A stretch of DNA of 64,000 bases, from NCBI GenBank assembly GCA_938009115.1, contig CALLHZ010000037.1:3230-67229 (forward strand). Direction: 5' to 3'. The stretch comes from an uncultured Clostridia bacterium. GTDB taxonomy: Bacteria > Bacillota > Clostridia > Peptostreptococcales > Anaerovoracaceae. The notes beneath the pieces are model-generated. The model saw nothing but the letters and a program-made list of their open reading frames with translations, did no database searches and was not told where the DNA came from. The position numbers were made by a program, and so were the translations under genes. Positions 36,495 to 44,595 of the stretch are shown in pieces; within the stretch, counting starts at the first letter, position 1, and every line of letters begins with the position of its first letter.

Positions 36495-36989
36495 ATGCCC
36501 AATCTGAAAACGCTCATCCCGTTTGCAGGGACCAAAGAGCAGGAAGATCGGCTGAGAGAAGTGATTGCCAAGCATAAGGGAGAACTGGGCGCCACCATGC
36601 CGATCATGCAGGAAGCTCAGGAGATCTACGGGTATCTTCCCGAAGAAGTGCAGGTCATCATTGCCGAGGAATTAGGCGTTCCGCTCACTGAGATCTACGG
36701 GATTTCTTCATTTTATGCTCAGTTTACCCACAACCCCAAGGGGCAGTATCAGATCAACGTTTGTCTGGGAACGGCCTGCTACGTCAAAGGCGCGGGAAAC
36801 ATACTTGATAAGGTTTGCGAAGTGGTTGGATGCAACGCCGGCGAGATCACTCAGGACGGCAGATTTTCCATCGACGCCACCCGTTGTGTCGGCGCCTGCG
36901 GCCTGGCTCCGGTCATGATGATCAACGAAGACGTTTACGGACGGCTCACGCCTGACAAGATCCCGGCGATCATCGCCAAGTACAAATAG
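36495..36989 (+). CDS. hydC: NuoE-like [2Fe-2S] subunit of the bifurcating-type hydrogenase
   Basis: MPIMQEAQEIYGYLP, VCLGTACYVKG, CVGACGLAPVMMIN. Confidence 0.9.
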   Translation: MPNLKTLIPFAGTKEQEDRLREVIAKHKGELGATMPIMQEAQEIYGYLPEEVQVIIAEELGVPLTEIYGISSFYAQFTHNPKGQYQINVCLGTACYVKGAGNILDKVCEVVGCNAGEITQDGRFSIDATRCVGACGLAPVMMINEDVYGRLTPDKIPAIIAKYK

Positions 36990-36998
36990 TCCGGGAGA

Positions 36999-37550
36999 AT
37001 GAAAGAGCTTTCGCTGAATGTGCTGGACCTGGCGCAGAACTCATTGTCGGCGGGTGCCCGCCATATTACGATAGAGATCTGCGAGTCTCTGAAAGAAGAC
37101 GTCCTTCGCATCCGCATCGCCGACGACGGTATCGGAATGGACCCGGATTTCCTGGAGCGGGTCACCGACCCCTTTGTGACGACCCGGAAGACCCGGCCTG
37201 TGGGCATGGGGATCCCCTTCATCAAAATGGCCGCGGAAATGGCAGAAGGGACGTTCGATATCCGGAGCCGGAAGGGCGAAGGCACCGAGCTGAGAGCATC
37301 GTTCCGCCTGTCACACGTGGACCGGATGCCTTTGGGCGATATCGCCGGCACGATCGCGACATTGATACAGGGAGCCCCGGAGGTGGACTACACCTATGTG
37401 CGCAGCACCGACAGCGGCAGCTTCGAATTCGACACCGGACGGATCCGGGAGATGCTGGAGGGCATATCCCTTCGGGAACCCGAGATCCTGGACTGGATCA
37501 AAGACTATATCATGCAGGGCGAGACCGGCGTGATGGCGCAGAATAAATAA
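36999..37550 (+). CDS. stand-alone GHKL (HATPase_c) ATP-binding protein
   Basis: N box NVLDLAQNS, G1 ADDGIGM, G2 PVGMGIPF. No HisKA, DHp or receiver domain. Confidence 0.75.
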   Translation: MKELSLNVLDLAQNSLSAGARHITIEICESLKEDVLRIRIADDGIGMDPDFLERVTDPFVTTRKTRPVGMGIPFIKMAAEMAEGTFDIRSRKGEGTELRASFRLSHVDRMPLGDIAGTIATLIQGAPEVDYTYVRSTDSGSFEFDTGRIREMLEGISLREPEILDWIKDYIMQGETGVMAQNK

Positions 37551-37572
37551 TAATCGAGAGGATGGATAAAAA

Positions 37573-37941
37573 ATGAAGACGATAGAAGATCTCCAGAAGA
37601 TCAGAGAAGAAATGCAGTCAAAAATCAGCCTCCGCAAAGACGAGGGGGACAGCATCCGAGTCGTGGTCGGTATGGCTACCTGCGGGATCGCCGCAGGCGC
37701 GCGGCCGGTTTTGGAGGCCCTGGTCAACGAAGTGGGCCGCAGACAGCTCAAAAACGTAGTCGTCACCCAGACCGGGTGTATCGGCGTATGCCGCCTTGAG
37801 CCCATCGTCGAAGTATATGAAAAAGACAAAGAGAAGGTCACTTACGTTAAAATGGATGCGGAAATGGCCCGGACCGTGGTGAGTGAGCATCTGGTCAACG
37901 GCAGGGTGGTACAGGCTTGGACCATCGGCGCTTCGGAATAA
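37573..37941 (+). CDS. hydD: thioredoxin-like [2Fe-2S] ferredoxin
   Basis: VVGMATCGIAAGA, TGCIGVCRLEPIV. Confidence 0.75.
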   Translation: MKTIEDLQKIREEMQSKISLRKDEGDSIRVVVGMATCGIAAGARPVLEALVNEVGRRQLKNVVVTQTGCIGVCRLEPIVEVYEKDKEKVTYVKMDAEMARTVVSEHLVNGRVVQAWTIGASE

Positions 37942-37953
37942 GGAGGTTACAGG

Positions 37954-39747
37954 ATGAATTTTGTTAGATCGCATGTTCTGGTCTGCGGAGGAACCGGCTG
38001 TACTGCCTCCAAGAGCCCGGAAATCATTGCTGAATTCAATGCGCAGCTGAAAAACAACGGACTGGACAGCGAGGTCCGCGTGGTGCAGACCGGCTGCTTC
38101 GGACTTTGTGCCCTGGGCCCCATCGTGGTGGTTTATCCCGAAGGCACTTATTATTCCCAGATCAAAGTGGAAGATGTCAAGACCATCGTGGAAGAGCATC
38201 TGCTCAAGGGCCGGATCGTTGATAAGCTCCTATTCAAGGAAGTCGATGCCCACGGCGTGGAACAGTCGCTGAACAACACGGAGTTTTATCAAAAGCAGCA
38301 CCGCATCGCTCTGCGCAACTGCGGCGTCATCAATCCCGAAGAGATCGACGAAGCTATCGCGTTTGACGCATACAAAGCACTGGGCACCTGCCTTACAGAG
38401 AAGACGCCCCAGGAAGTCATTGAGATCATTACCGCTTCCGGGCTTCGCGGCAGAGGCGGCGCAGGCTTCCCCACCGGGATCAAGTGGAAATTTGCCGCAG
38501 CGTCCCCGGGTCCTGTCAAATATGTCTGCTGCAACGCTGACGAAGGAGACCCCGGCGCGTTCATGGACCGTTCCGTTCTGGAAGGCGATCCCCACGCCGT
38601 GCTGGAGGCCATGGCCATCGCAGGATATGCCATCGGCGCCAGCCAGGGCTACATCTATATCCGTGCGGAATATCCTCTGGCCGTCAGAAGGCTGAAGATC
38701 GCCATCCAGCAGGCCAAGGAATACGGCGTGATCGGTAAAAATATTTTGGGTACCGGGTTTGACTTCGATCTGGAGATCCGTCTGGGGGCCGGCGCCTTCG
38801 TATGCGGCGAGGAAACCGCTTTGATGACCTCCATCGAAGGGCACAGAGGCGAACCTCGTCCCCGGCCGCCTTTCCCCGCAGTCAAAGGTCTCTTCCAGAA
38901 GCCTACGATCCTGAACAATGTGGAAACTTATGCCAATATAGCCTGGATCATCAATCACGGTCCGGAAGCTTTCAATTGTATGGGCACGGAAAAATCCAAG
39001 GGTACAAAAGTATTTGCTCTGGGCGGCAAGATCAAAAATACCGGTCTGGTGGAGATCCCCATGGGCACCACGCTCCGCGAAGTCGTGGAAGACATCGGCG
39101 GCGGCTGTCCCGACGGCAAAAAATTCAAAGCGGCACAGACCGGCGGTCCTTCCGGCGGCTGTATCCCCGCATCTCTCATCGACACGCCTCTGGATTACGA
39201 GAGCATGGCGGCCATCGGTTCCATCATCGGCTCCGGCGGACTGATCGTCATGGACGAAGACAACTGCATGGTGGACATCGCGAAATTCTTCCTGCAGTTC
39301 ACCATGGACGAATCCTGCGGCAAGTGCTCGCCCTGCCGGATCGGCACAAAGAGAATGTATGAGATCCTGGACAAAATCAGCCAGGGAAGAGCCACACTGG
39401 AAGACCTGGATATCCTGGAAGAACTGGCTCTGCACGTCAAAGAAAACTCGCTCTGCGGTCTGGGCCAGACGGCGCCGAATCCGGTCCTGTCCACCCTTCG
39501 TTACTTCCGCGACGAATACGAAGCTCACGTGGTGGAAAAAAGATGCCCCGCCGGCGTGTGCAAAGGTCTGATCCAGTATAAGATCCTGGCCGACAAGTGC
39601 ATCGGATGCACAGCCTGCGCCAGAGTCTGTCCGGTAGATGCCATCAGCGGCAAGGTCAAGGAAGTCCATTCCATCGACCCGTCTTTGTGCATCAAATGTG
39701 GTTCGTGTATCGCAGCCTGCAAGTTCGGTGCAATCATCGTAGAATAG
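37954..39747 (+). CDS. hydB: NuoF-like NAD(P)H/FMN-binding subunit of the bifurcating-type hydrogenase
   Basis: SGLRGRGGAGFPTGIKW, CNADEGDPGAF, ESCGKCSPCRIG, C-terminal 2x[4Fe-4S] (CIGCTACARVCP, CIKCGSCIAACK). Confidence 0.9.
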   Translation: MNFVRSHVLVCGGTGCTASKSPEIIAEFNAQLKNNGLDSEVRVVQTGCFGLCALGPIVVVYPEGTYYSQIKVEDVKTIVEEHLLKGRIVDKLLFKEVDAHGVEQSLNNTEFYQKQHRIALRNCGVINPEEIDEAIAFDAYKALGTCLTEKTPQEVIEIITASGLRGRGGAGFPTGIKWKFAAASPGPVKYVCCNADEGDPGAFMDRSVLEGDPHAVLEAMAIAGYAIGASQGYIYIRAEYPLAVRRLKIAIQQAKEYGVIGKNILGTGFDFDLEIRLGAGAFVCGEETALMTSIEGHRGEPRPRPPFPAVKGLFQKPTILNNVETYANIAWIINHGPEAFNCMGTEKSKGTKVFALGGKIKNTGLVEIPMGTTLREVVEDIGGGCPDGKKFKAAQTGGPSGGCIPASLIDTPLDYESMAAIGSIIGSGGLIVMDEDNCMVDIAKFFLQFTMDESCGKCSPCRIGTKRMYEILDKISQGRATLEDLDILEELALHVKENSLCGLGQTAPNPVLSTLRYFRDEYEAHVVEKRCPAGVCKGLIQYKILADKCIGCTACARVCPVDAISGKVKEVHSIDPSLCIKCGSCIAACKFGAIIVE

Positions 39748-39765
39748 GCGGAAGGAGAAATATCA

Positions 39766-41541
39766 ATGAGTACTGTTAAAGTAAAAGTTAACGGCATGCA
39801 GATCGAATGTCCGTCTGACGCCACCGTATTGGAAGCTGCGCGTCTGGCCGGATTTCGGATCCCCACGCTGTGCTATCTGAAAGAGATCAACGCCATCGGC
39901 GCCTGCAGGATGTGCCTTACCGAAGTCAAGGGCGCCAAAGGGCTCGTGGCTGCCTGTGTCTATCCTGTAGCCGAAGGCATGGAAATCAACACGAATTCCC
40001 AGAAGGCCTATGACGCCCGCAAGCGCACTCTGGAGCTGATCCTGTCAAACCACAGGATGGAATGCCTTACCTGCGTGCGTAATCAGAGCTGTGAGCTTCA
40101 GGCCCTGGCCGAAGAATACGGCATCGAGGAAGTCCGTTTCGGCACGCCCAAGGAAATGCAGCCCGACATCGAGCAGTCCACGCCCCATTTGATCCGCGAC
40201 AACTCCAAGTGCATCCTCTGCCGCCGCTGTGTGGCTGTCTGCAAACAGCAGCAGCACGCCGCTGTCATCGGTCCCAACGACCGGGGCTTCAGCACCCACA
40301 TCGGATCGGCCTTCGACAGAGGTCTTGGCGAGGTGGCCTGTATCAACTGCGGGCAGTGCATCAACGTCTGTCCCACCGGCGCGCTGACAGAAGTGGATTC
40401 CACCGCCAAGGTATGGGCGGCCCTGAACGATCCCAAAAAGCACGTCGTCGTCGGCACGGCGCCGGCTGTCCGGGCCACGCTGGGCGAAGAATTCGGCGAT
40501 CCCATCGGAACCAATGTCCAGGGCAAGATGGTCGCAGCGCTGCACCGCCTGGGCTTTGACGGCGTCTTCGACGTGGATGTAACCGCCGATCTCACCATTC
40601 TGGAAGAAGGAACAGAATTTATCCACCGCCTGCAGAACGGCGGCACGCTGCCCCTGATCACCTCCTGCTCCCCCGGCTGGATCCGGTTCTGCGAGCAGTA
40701 TTATCCCGAATTCATTCCCAACCTCTCTTCCTGCAAGAGCCCGCAGCAGATGTTCGGCGCCATGATGAAGAGTTATTATGCCGAAAAGCTGGGTCTGAAC
40801 CCCGAAGATGTTTTCGTGGTTACGGTCATGCCCTGCACAGCTAAGAAATTCGAGATCAGAAGAGAAGACCAGTCTTCCGTGAACGGATTGTGGGACATGG
40901 ACGAGACCATCACCACTCGTGAGCTGGCCAGAATGATCCGGAAGGCCGGCATGGATTGGGCTCAGCTGCCCGAAGAGGATTTCGATCCCGATTTCGGCGA
41001 ATTCTCCGGCGCGGCAGTCATTTTCGGCGCGTCCGGCGGCGTCATGGAAGCTGCCCTGCGTACCGTGGTGGAGATCCTTACGGAAAAAGAGCTGCCGAAG
41101 CTTGATTTCGTGGATGTCCGCGGTATCGAAGGCATCAAGGAGGCCAGCTACGATGTAGCCGGCACCCTCGTCAAGGTCGCTGTGGCCAGCGGCATGGAAA
41201 ATGCATCCAGATTGCTGGACAAGATCAAAGCCGGCGAAGCCGAATATCATTTCGTGGAGATCATGGGATGCCCCGGCGGCTGCATCAACGGCGGCGGCCA
41301 GCCGATCCAGCCCGGCAGTGTCCGCAACTTTGTGGACATCCAGACCCTGCGGGCCGGCGCGCTGTATTCTGAGGACGCGCTCATGAAAATGCGCAAGAGC
41401 CATGAAGTGCCTCTCATTAAGAAAATCTACAGCGAGTATCTGGGTGAGCCGGGAAGTCACCGGTCTCACGAACTGCTCCACACCAGTTACAAGGCGACAC
41501 CCAAGTATCCCGGCCTGGAAGCAGACAAGAAAAAGAATTGA
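39766..41541 (+). CDS. hydA: [FeFe] hydrogenase catalytic subunit (multi-cluster, group A3-like architecture)
   Basis: N-terminal 2Fe-2S (CYLKEINAIGACRMC), His-ligated cluster (HRMECLTCVRNQSC), 2x[4Fe-4S]. H-cluster motifs TSCSPGW, MPCTAKKFE, EIMGCPGGCINGGGQP. C-terminal small-subunit-like tail. Confidence 0.9.
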   Translation: MSTVKVKVNGMQIECPSDATVLEAARLAGFRIPTLCYLKEINAIGACRMCLTEVKGAKGLVAACVYPVAEGMEINTNSQKAYDARKRTLELILSNHRMECLTCVRNQSCELQALAEEYGIEEVRFGTPKEMQPDIEQSTPHLIRDNSKCILCRRCVAVCKQQQHAAVIGPNDRGFSTHIGSAFDRGLGEVACINCGQCINVCPTGALTEVDSTAKVWAALNDPKKHVVVGTAPAVRATLGEEFGDPIGTNVQGKMVAALHRLGFDGVFDVDVTADLTILEEGTEFIHRLQNGGTLPLITSCSPGWIRFCEQYYPEFIPNLSSCKSPQQMFGAMMKSYYAEKLGLNPEDVFVVTVMPCTAKKFEIRREDQSSVNGLWDMDETITTRELARMIRKAGMDWAQLPEEDFDPDFGEFSGAAVIFGASGGVMEAALRTVVEILTEKELPKLDFVDVRGIEGIKEASYDVAGTLVKVAVASGMENASRLLDKIKAGEAEYHFVEIMGCPGGCINGGGQPIQPGSVRNFVDIQTLRAGALYSEDALMKMRKSHEVPLIKKIYSEYLGEPGSHRSHELLHTSYKATPKYPGLEADKKKN

Positions 41542-41563
41542 TCCGAAAACGGATCGAAAGCAA

Positions 41564-41592
41564 GGGACGCTCCCAGGAGCGTCCCTTTGTTC
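41564..41592 (+). terminator. intrinsic terminator after hydA
   Basis: gggacgct-cccagg-agcgtccc followed by tttgttcatt. Confidence 0.6.
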
Positions 41593-41648
41593 ATTGACAG
41601 CCGGATCGGGGGCCGTTAGGATGAAACTAAAAACAGGAGGGATATAGA

Positions 41649-42329
41649 ATGAAACTTGCCGTGATCGCGGGAACCAGGACCGACACCCAACTGGGCGTGA
41701 CATATGTGAAAAGTCAGGGACACGAGGCTCTGGGGCGCCCGTGCAGCGAGGATGCCACCCAGCAGCTGGATATGCAGCTGCATCATCCAAAAGAGCTGGC
41801 CGACAGGGTGGTGGATCTGGCTGTTGAAATGCTTGAGGACGGGGCGGAGGCTGTCTACATATACTGCAATTCCCTTTCCACAGCCATCGACTTGGAAAGT
41901 GTCCGTCGCCGGATCCCGGCGCCGGTGATGACGCCGCTGGATGTCTACGCGGAATGCGCCCGCCTGTATAAGCACATTTTTGTGATCGCCGCCAACTGTC
42001 AGGCGCTGGCGGGGATCGAACGGGTCATCAAAAAACATAATCCGGACAGCTGGCTGTCCGGCGCGGCGCTTCAGGCACTGGTCTATCAGATCGAAGAACT
42101 GCTGCCGCCCGAAGAGATCACGGAAGATTTGGGGATGCGGGAATTTCTCCGCTGCTTCACTGCGATGAAAGCGGAGGTCCTGATCCTGGGCTGCACGCAT
42201 TTCCCTTATATCTATGAGCAAATCAAAAACGCAGTCTCAGTCCCGATCATCGATCCGGGCCGGAGGATGCTGGAGCTCCTGGCAGACATATTGCGTCAAG
42301 AGCGCCCGGCGGGACCTCCGAGGGATTGA
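41649..42329 (+). CDS. Asp/Glu/hydantoin racemase family protein
   Basis: Two half-sites with catalytic-type cysteines: YIYCNSLST and LILGCTHFPYI. Confidence 0.6.
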   Translation: MKLAVIAGTRTDTQLGVTYVKSQGHEALGRPCSEDATQQLDMQLHHPKELADRVVDLAVEMLEDGAEAVYIYCNSLSTAIDLESVRRRIPAPVMTPLDVYAECARLYKHIFVIAANCQALAGIERVIKKHNPDSWLSGAALQALVYQIEELLPPEEITEDLGMREFLRCFTAMKAEVLILGCTHFPYIYEQIKNAVSVPIIDPGRRMLELLADILRQERPAGPPRD

Positions 42330-42918
42330 TCAGGCGGGCCCGATAAAGGGCGAACTCCTCAGCGCTTTCCTCTGTGGCGCCCATTTCCTGAAGCTTTTCC
42401 AGCAGTGCGGCGGTGAGACTTTTTTTCAGCTGCGTCACCGCTTGCACCGGCATGGCGTTTTGTTCCGTTGGAGAAAGCAAAGCGCCGGCCCGGTCCCGGA
42501 TGTCTTCCGGGTACCCCCCCGGCGGCTCAGTCAGGTTGATGCCTACGCCTACGATCACGGCGCCGGGCCGTCCGGCGTCATCCACAACAGCCTCAGCCAG
42601 GATCCCGGCGATTTTTCGGCCGTGCAGCAGCAGGTCGTTGACCCATTTGACCTTTACAGCTACACCGGCCACGTCCTCGATGACCTTCATCACCAAAGCG
42701 GCTGTCCGGATGGTCAGGCGGTCGATGTCCCGATAGGGCAGCAGGATGCTCAGGTAGATGCCCCTGCCTTTTGGAGAATGGAAATGGTGGCCATAGCGTC
42801 CCCGGCCGTGGGTCTGGGCCTCTGCCGTCACCGCATCACCGAATACGGCGGTTTTATCCCGGTAATAATCTTTCAGCACATCCTGGGTCGAGGGGATCTC
42901 GTCGAACTGAAACAGCAT
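42247..42918 (-). CDS. birA: biotin-protein ligase, catalytic domain only (no N-terminal HTH; C-terminal domain not recognisable)
   Basis: IPSTQDVL, AEAQTHGRGRYGHHFHSPKGRGIYLSILL, KWVNDLLLHGRKIAGILAE, GVGINL. Confidence 0.75.
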   Translation of the reverse strand: MLFQFDEIPSTQDVLKDYYRDKTAVFGDAVTAEAQTHGRGRYGHHFHSPKGRGIYLSILLPYRDIDRLTIRTAALVMKVIEDVAGVAVKVKWVNDLLLHGRKIAGILAEAVVDDAGRPGAVIVGVGINLTEPPGGYPEDIRDRAGALLSPTEQNAMPVQAVTQLKKSLTAALLEKLQEMGATEESAEEFALYRARLINPSEVPPGALDAICLPGAPASSGPDR

Positions 42919-43001
42919 GAGCGCCTCCTTTGGTCAAAATCGGACTGGTCATTTATCTTCTGTCAGTATATAATATTACAATTACAAACAGGAGATTTTT
43001 T

Positions 43002-43922
43002 ATGGAAAAAAAGAGAATATTGGGCAATTTGATGCTGCTGCTCACGGCGCTGATCTGGGGACTGTCTTTCGTTTTTCAGCGGGTGGGCATGGACCACATC
43101 GAACCTTTGACCTTCGGCTCGGCCCGTTCCGTACTGGCCGCCATGGCGCTGGGCCTCCTTGTGTGGTTCACTGACAGGAGAAAAAAGCGGCTGGGGCTCG
43201 AAGAAAAGCGGAGTCCGCAGGAAATAGCCGACCACCGCAGGAATACGCTTCGGGGAGGGGTGTTTTGCGGAGTGTTTCTGACGCTGGCCGCATCCTTCCA
43301 GCAGATGGGCATCGTTTATACCACAGCGGGCAAGACAGGCTTCATCACGGCGCTGTATATCGTTTTTGTTCCGGTGATCGGTTGGCTTTTTCTGAAGAAG
43401 CGCATCACCTGGCTCATCGGCGTGGGTGTGGTCCTGGCGACTGTCGGGATGTATTTTCTTTCCATCGGAGAGGAATTTGTTTTGACTAAGGGCGATACGC
43501 TGGTTTTTATCTGCGCGATCTTTTTTGCCCTCCATATCCTGAGCTGCGACCATTTCGTCCAGATCGCCGATCCATTGAAGATGTCCATGATCCAGTTTAT
43601 CGTGTGCGCGATACTTACGGGCTTGGCGGCTTTCGCCTTTGAGGCGCCCACGACGGCCAAGCTGGCCGCCGCGGCGATCCCCATTCTATACTCCGGCATA
43701 TTTTCCGGGGGTGTGGGATATACGCTGCAGATGGTGGCACAGAAGTTCACCGATCCGACCGTGGCCTCCCTGTTGCTGAGCCTCGAGGCAGTCTTCGGCG
43801 TTCTGGGCGGCTGGCTCCTGTTGAATGAAGTGATGACGCCCAGGGAAGTGCTGGGCTGTGCCGTGGTCTTTGCGGCCATCATCCTGGTGCAGATCCCCCT
43901 GCCCGAAAAGAAACGAGGATAG
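43002..43922 (+). CDS. DMT-superfamily (EamA) transporter
   Basis: 10-TM pattern with two EamA halves: LLLTALIWGLSFVFQRVG and FFALHILSCDHF. RBS CAGGAG. The ORF-track start at 42930 is rejected. Confidence 0.8.
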   Translation: MEKKRILGNLMLLLTALIWGLSFVFQRVGMDHIEPLTFGSARSVLAAMALGLLVWFTDRRKKRLGLEEKRSPQEIADHRRNTLRGGVFCGVFLTLAASFQQMGIVYTTAGKTGFITALYIVFVPVIGWLFLKKRITWLIGVGVVLATVGMYFLSIGEEFVLTKGDTLVFICAIFFALHILSCDHFVQIADPLKMSMIQFIVCAILTGLAAFAFEAPTTAKLAAAAIPILYSGIFSGGVGYTLQMVAQKFTDPTVASLLLSLEAVFGVLGGWLLLNEVMTPREVLGCAVVFAAIILVQIPLPEKKRG

Positions 43923-43925
43923 TCA

Positions 43926-44558
43926 TTGAAGTTTATATTCGTGCGTCATCCTGAGACGGAGGCGCTGGTTCACAGGATCATATACGGCCAAACGCACTCT
44001 CCTTACACGGAAAAAGGCAAAAAGAGCGTGGATTGGGTAAAAGCGGAGCTGGCTTCGGAAAAAATTTCCGCGATTTATTCCAGCCCGATGGAAAGGACCC
44101 GCACTTTGGCTGACGCCATCGCTTCAGCTCACCGGGGCATTTCCGTGCAGCCTGACGAGAGGATCAAGGAAATGGCTGTGGGCATATTCGAACAGATGTC
44201 GGTCACGGATGCCGAAGCGGCTCATCCGGAGCATCTGCGTCCGTTCCTGGACGATTTCGGCAACTACCGGGCGCCGGGAAGTGAACTCTTTTCAGAGGTC
44301 AAAAGCCGTGTGTCCGATTTTCTAAAGGAAGTCATCCACAAGGAAGACAGCGCAGGAAAGGAGGAGTATCCTGAGAGACCCATTGTTGTGGTCTCTCACT
44401 CCATGGCCATCCGCGGCGCGCTGGCGTTTTTGTTCGACGTCAGTCTTTCTGACCTGTGGCATATCCGGATCAATCCGGCGGCCATCATCAAAGTTCAGTA
44501 CCGGGACGGATTTGCCATTCTGGATGGAATGAAAGATCCTCACGATATCATCGCATAG
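43926..44558 (+). CDS. histidine phosphatase (phosphoglycerate mutase) family protein
   Basis: FVRHPETE (RHG-type motif), SSPMERTRTLA, VVVSHSMAIRG. Apparent TTG start. Confidence 0.75.
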   Translation: MKFIFVRHPETEALVHRIIYGQTHSPYTEKGKKSVDWVKAELASEKISAIYSSPMERTRTLADAIASAHRGISVQPDERIKEMAVGIFEQMSVTDAEAAHPEHLRPFLDDFGNYRAPGSELFSEVKSRVSDFLKEVIHKEDSAGKEEYPERPIVVVSHSMAIRGALAFLFDVSLSDLWHIRINPAAIIKVQYRDGFAILDGMKDPHDIIA

Positions 44559-44595
44559 GACCGGTTCCCATTCGAGCCGGCAGAAGGAGCAGATC

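Noticed and set aside
38230-39669. 479-aa minus-strand ORF covering hydB.
   Set aside because: It is a shadow ORF opposite a clear NuoF-like gene, with no recognisable domain signatures.
40045-41790. 581-aa minus-strand ORF covering hydA.
   Set aside because: It is antisense to a gene with unambiguous [FeFe] hydrogenase motifs. Its composition is low-complexity and rich in Arg, Gly, Ala and Asp, typical of shadow ORFs in GC-rich DNA. I saw no recognisable motifs or RBS.
42214-43032. 272-aa +-strand ORF overlapping the birA-like gene.
   Set aside because: It is antisense to clear biotin-protein-ligase motifs. It would also run through the promoter and RBS of the EamA transporter gene.
44559-44595. 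Looked for T-box leaders upstream of metG, lysS (55634..55661) and asnS (57201..57222).
   Set aside because: The intergenic gaps are only 37, 28 and 22 nt. That is far too short for a T-box, so these genes appear to be read through from upstream genes.
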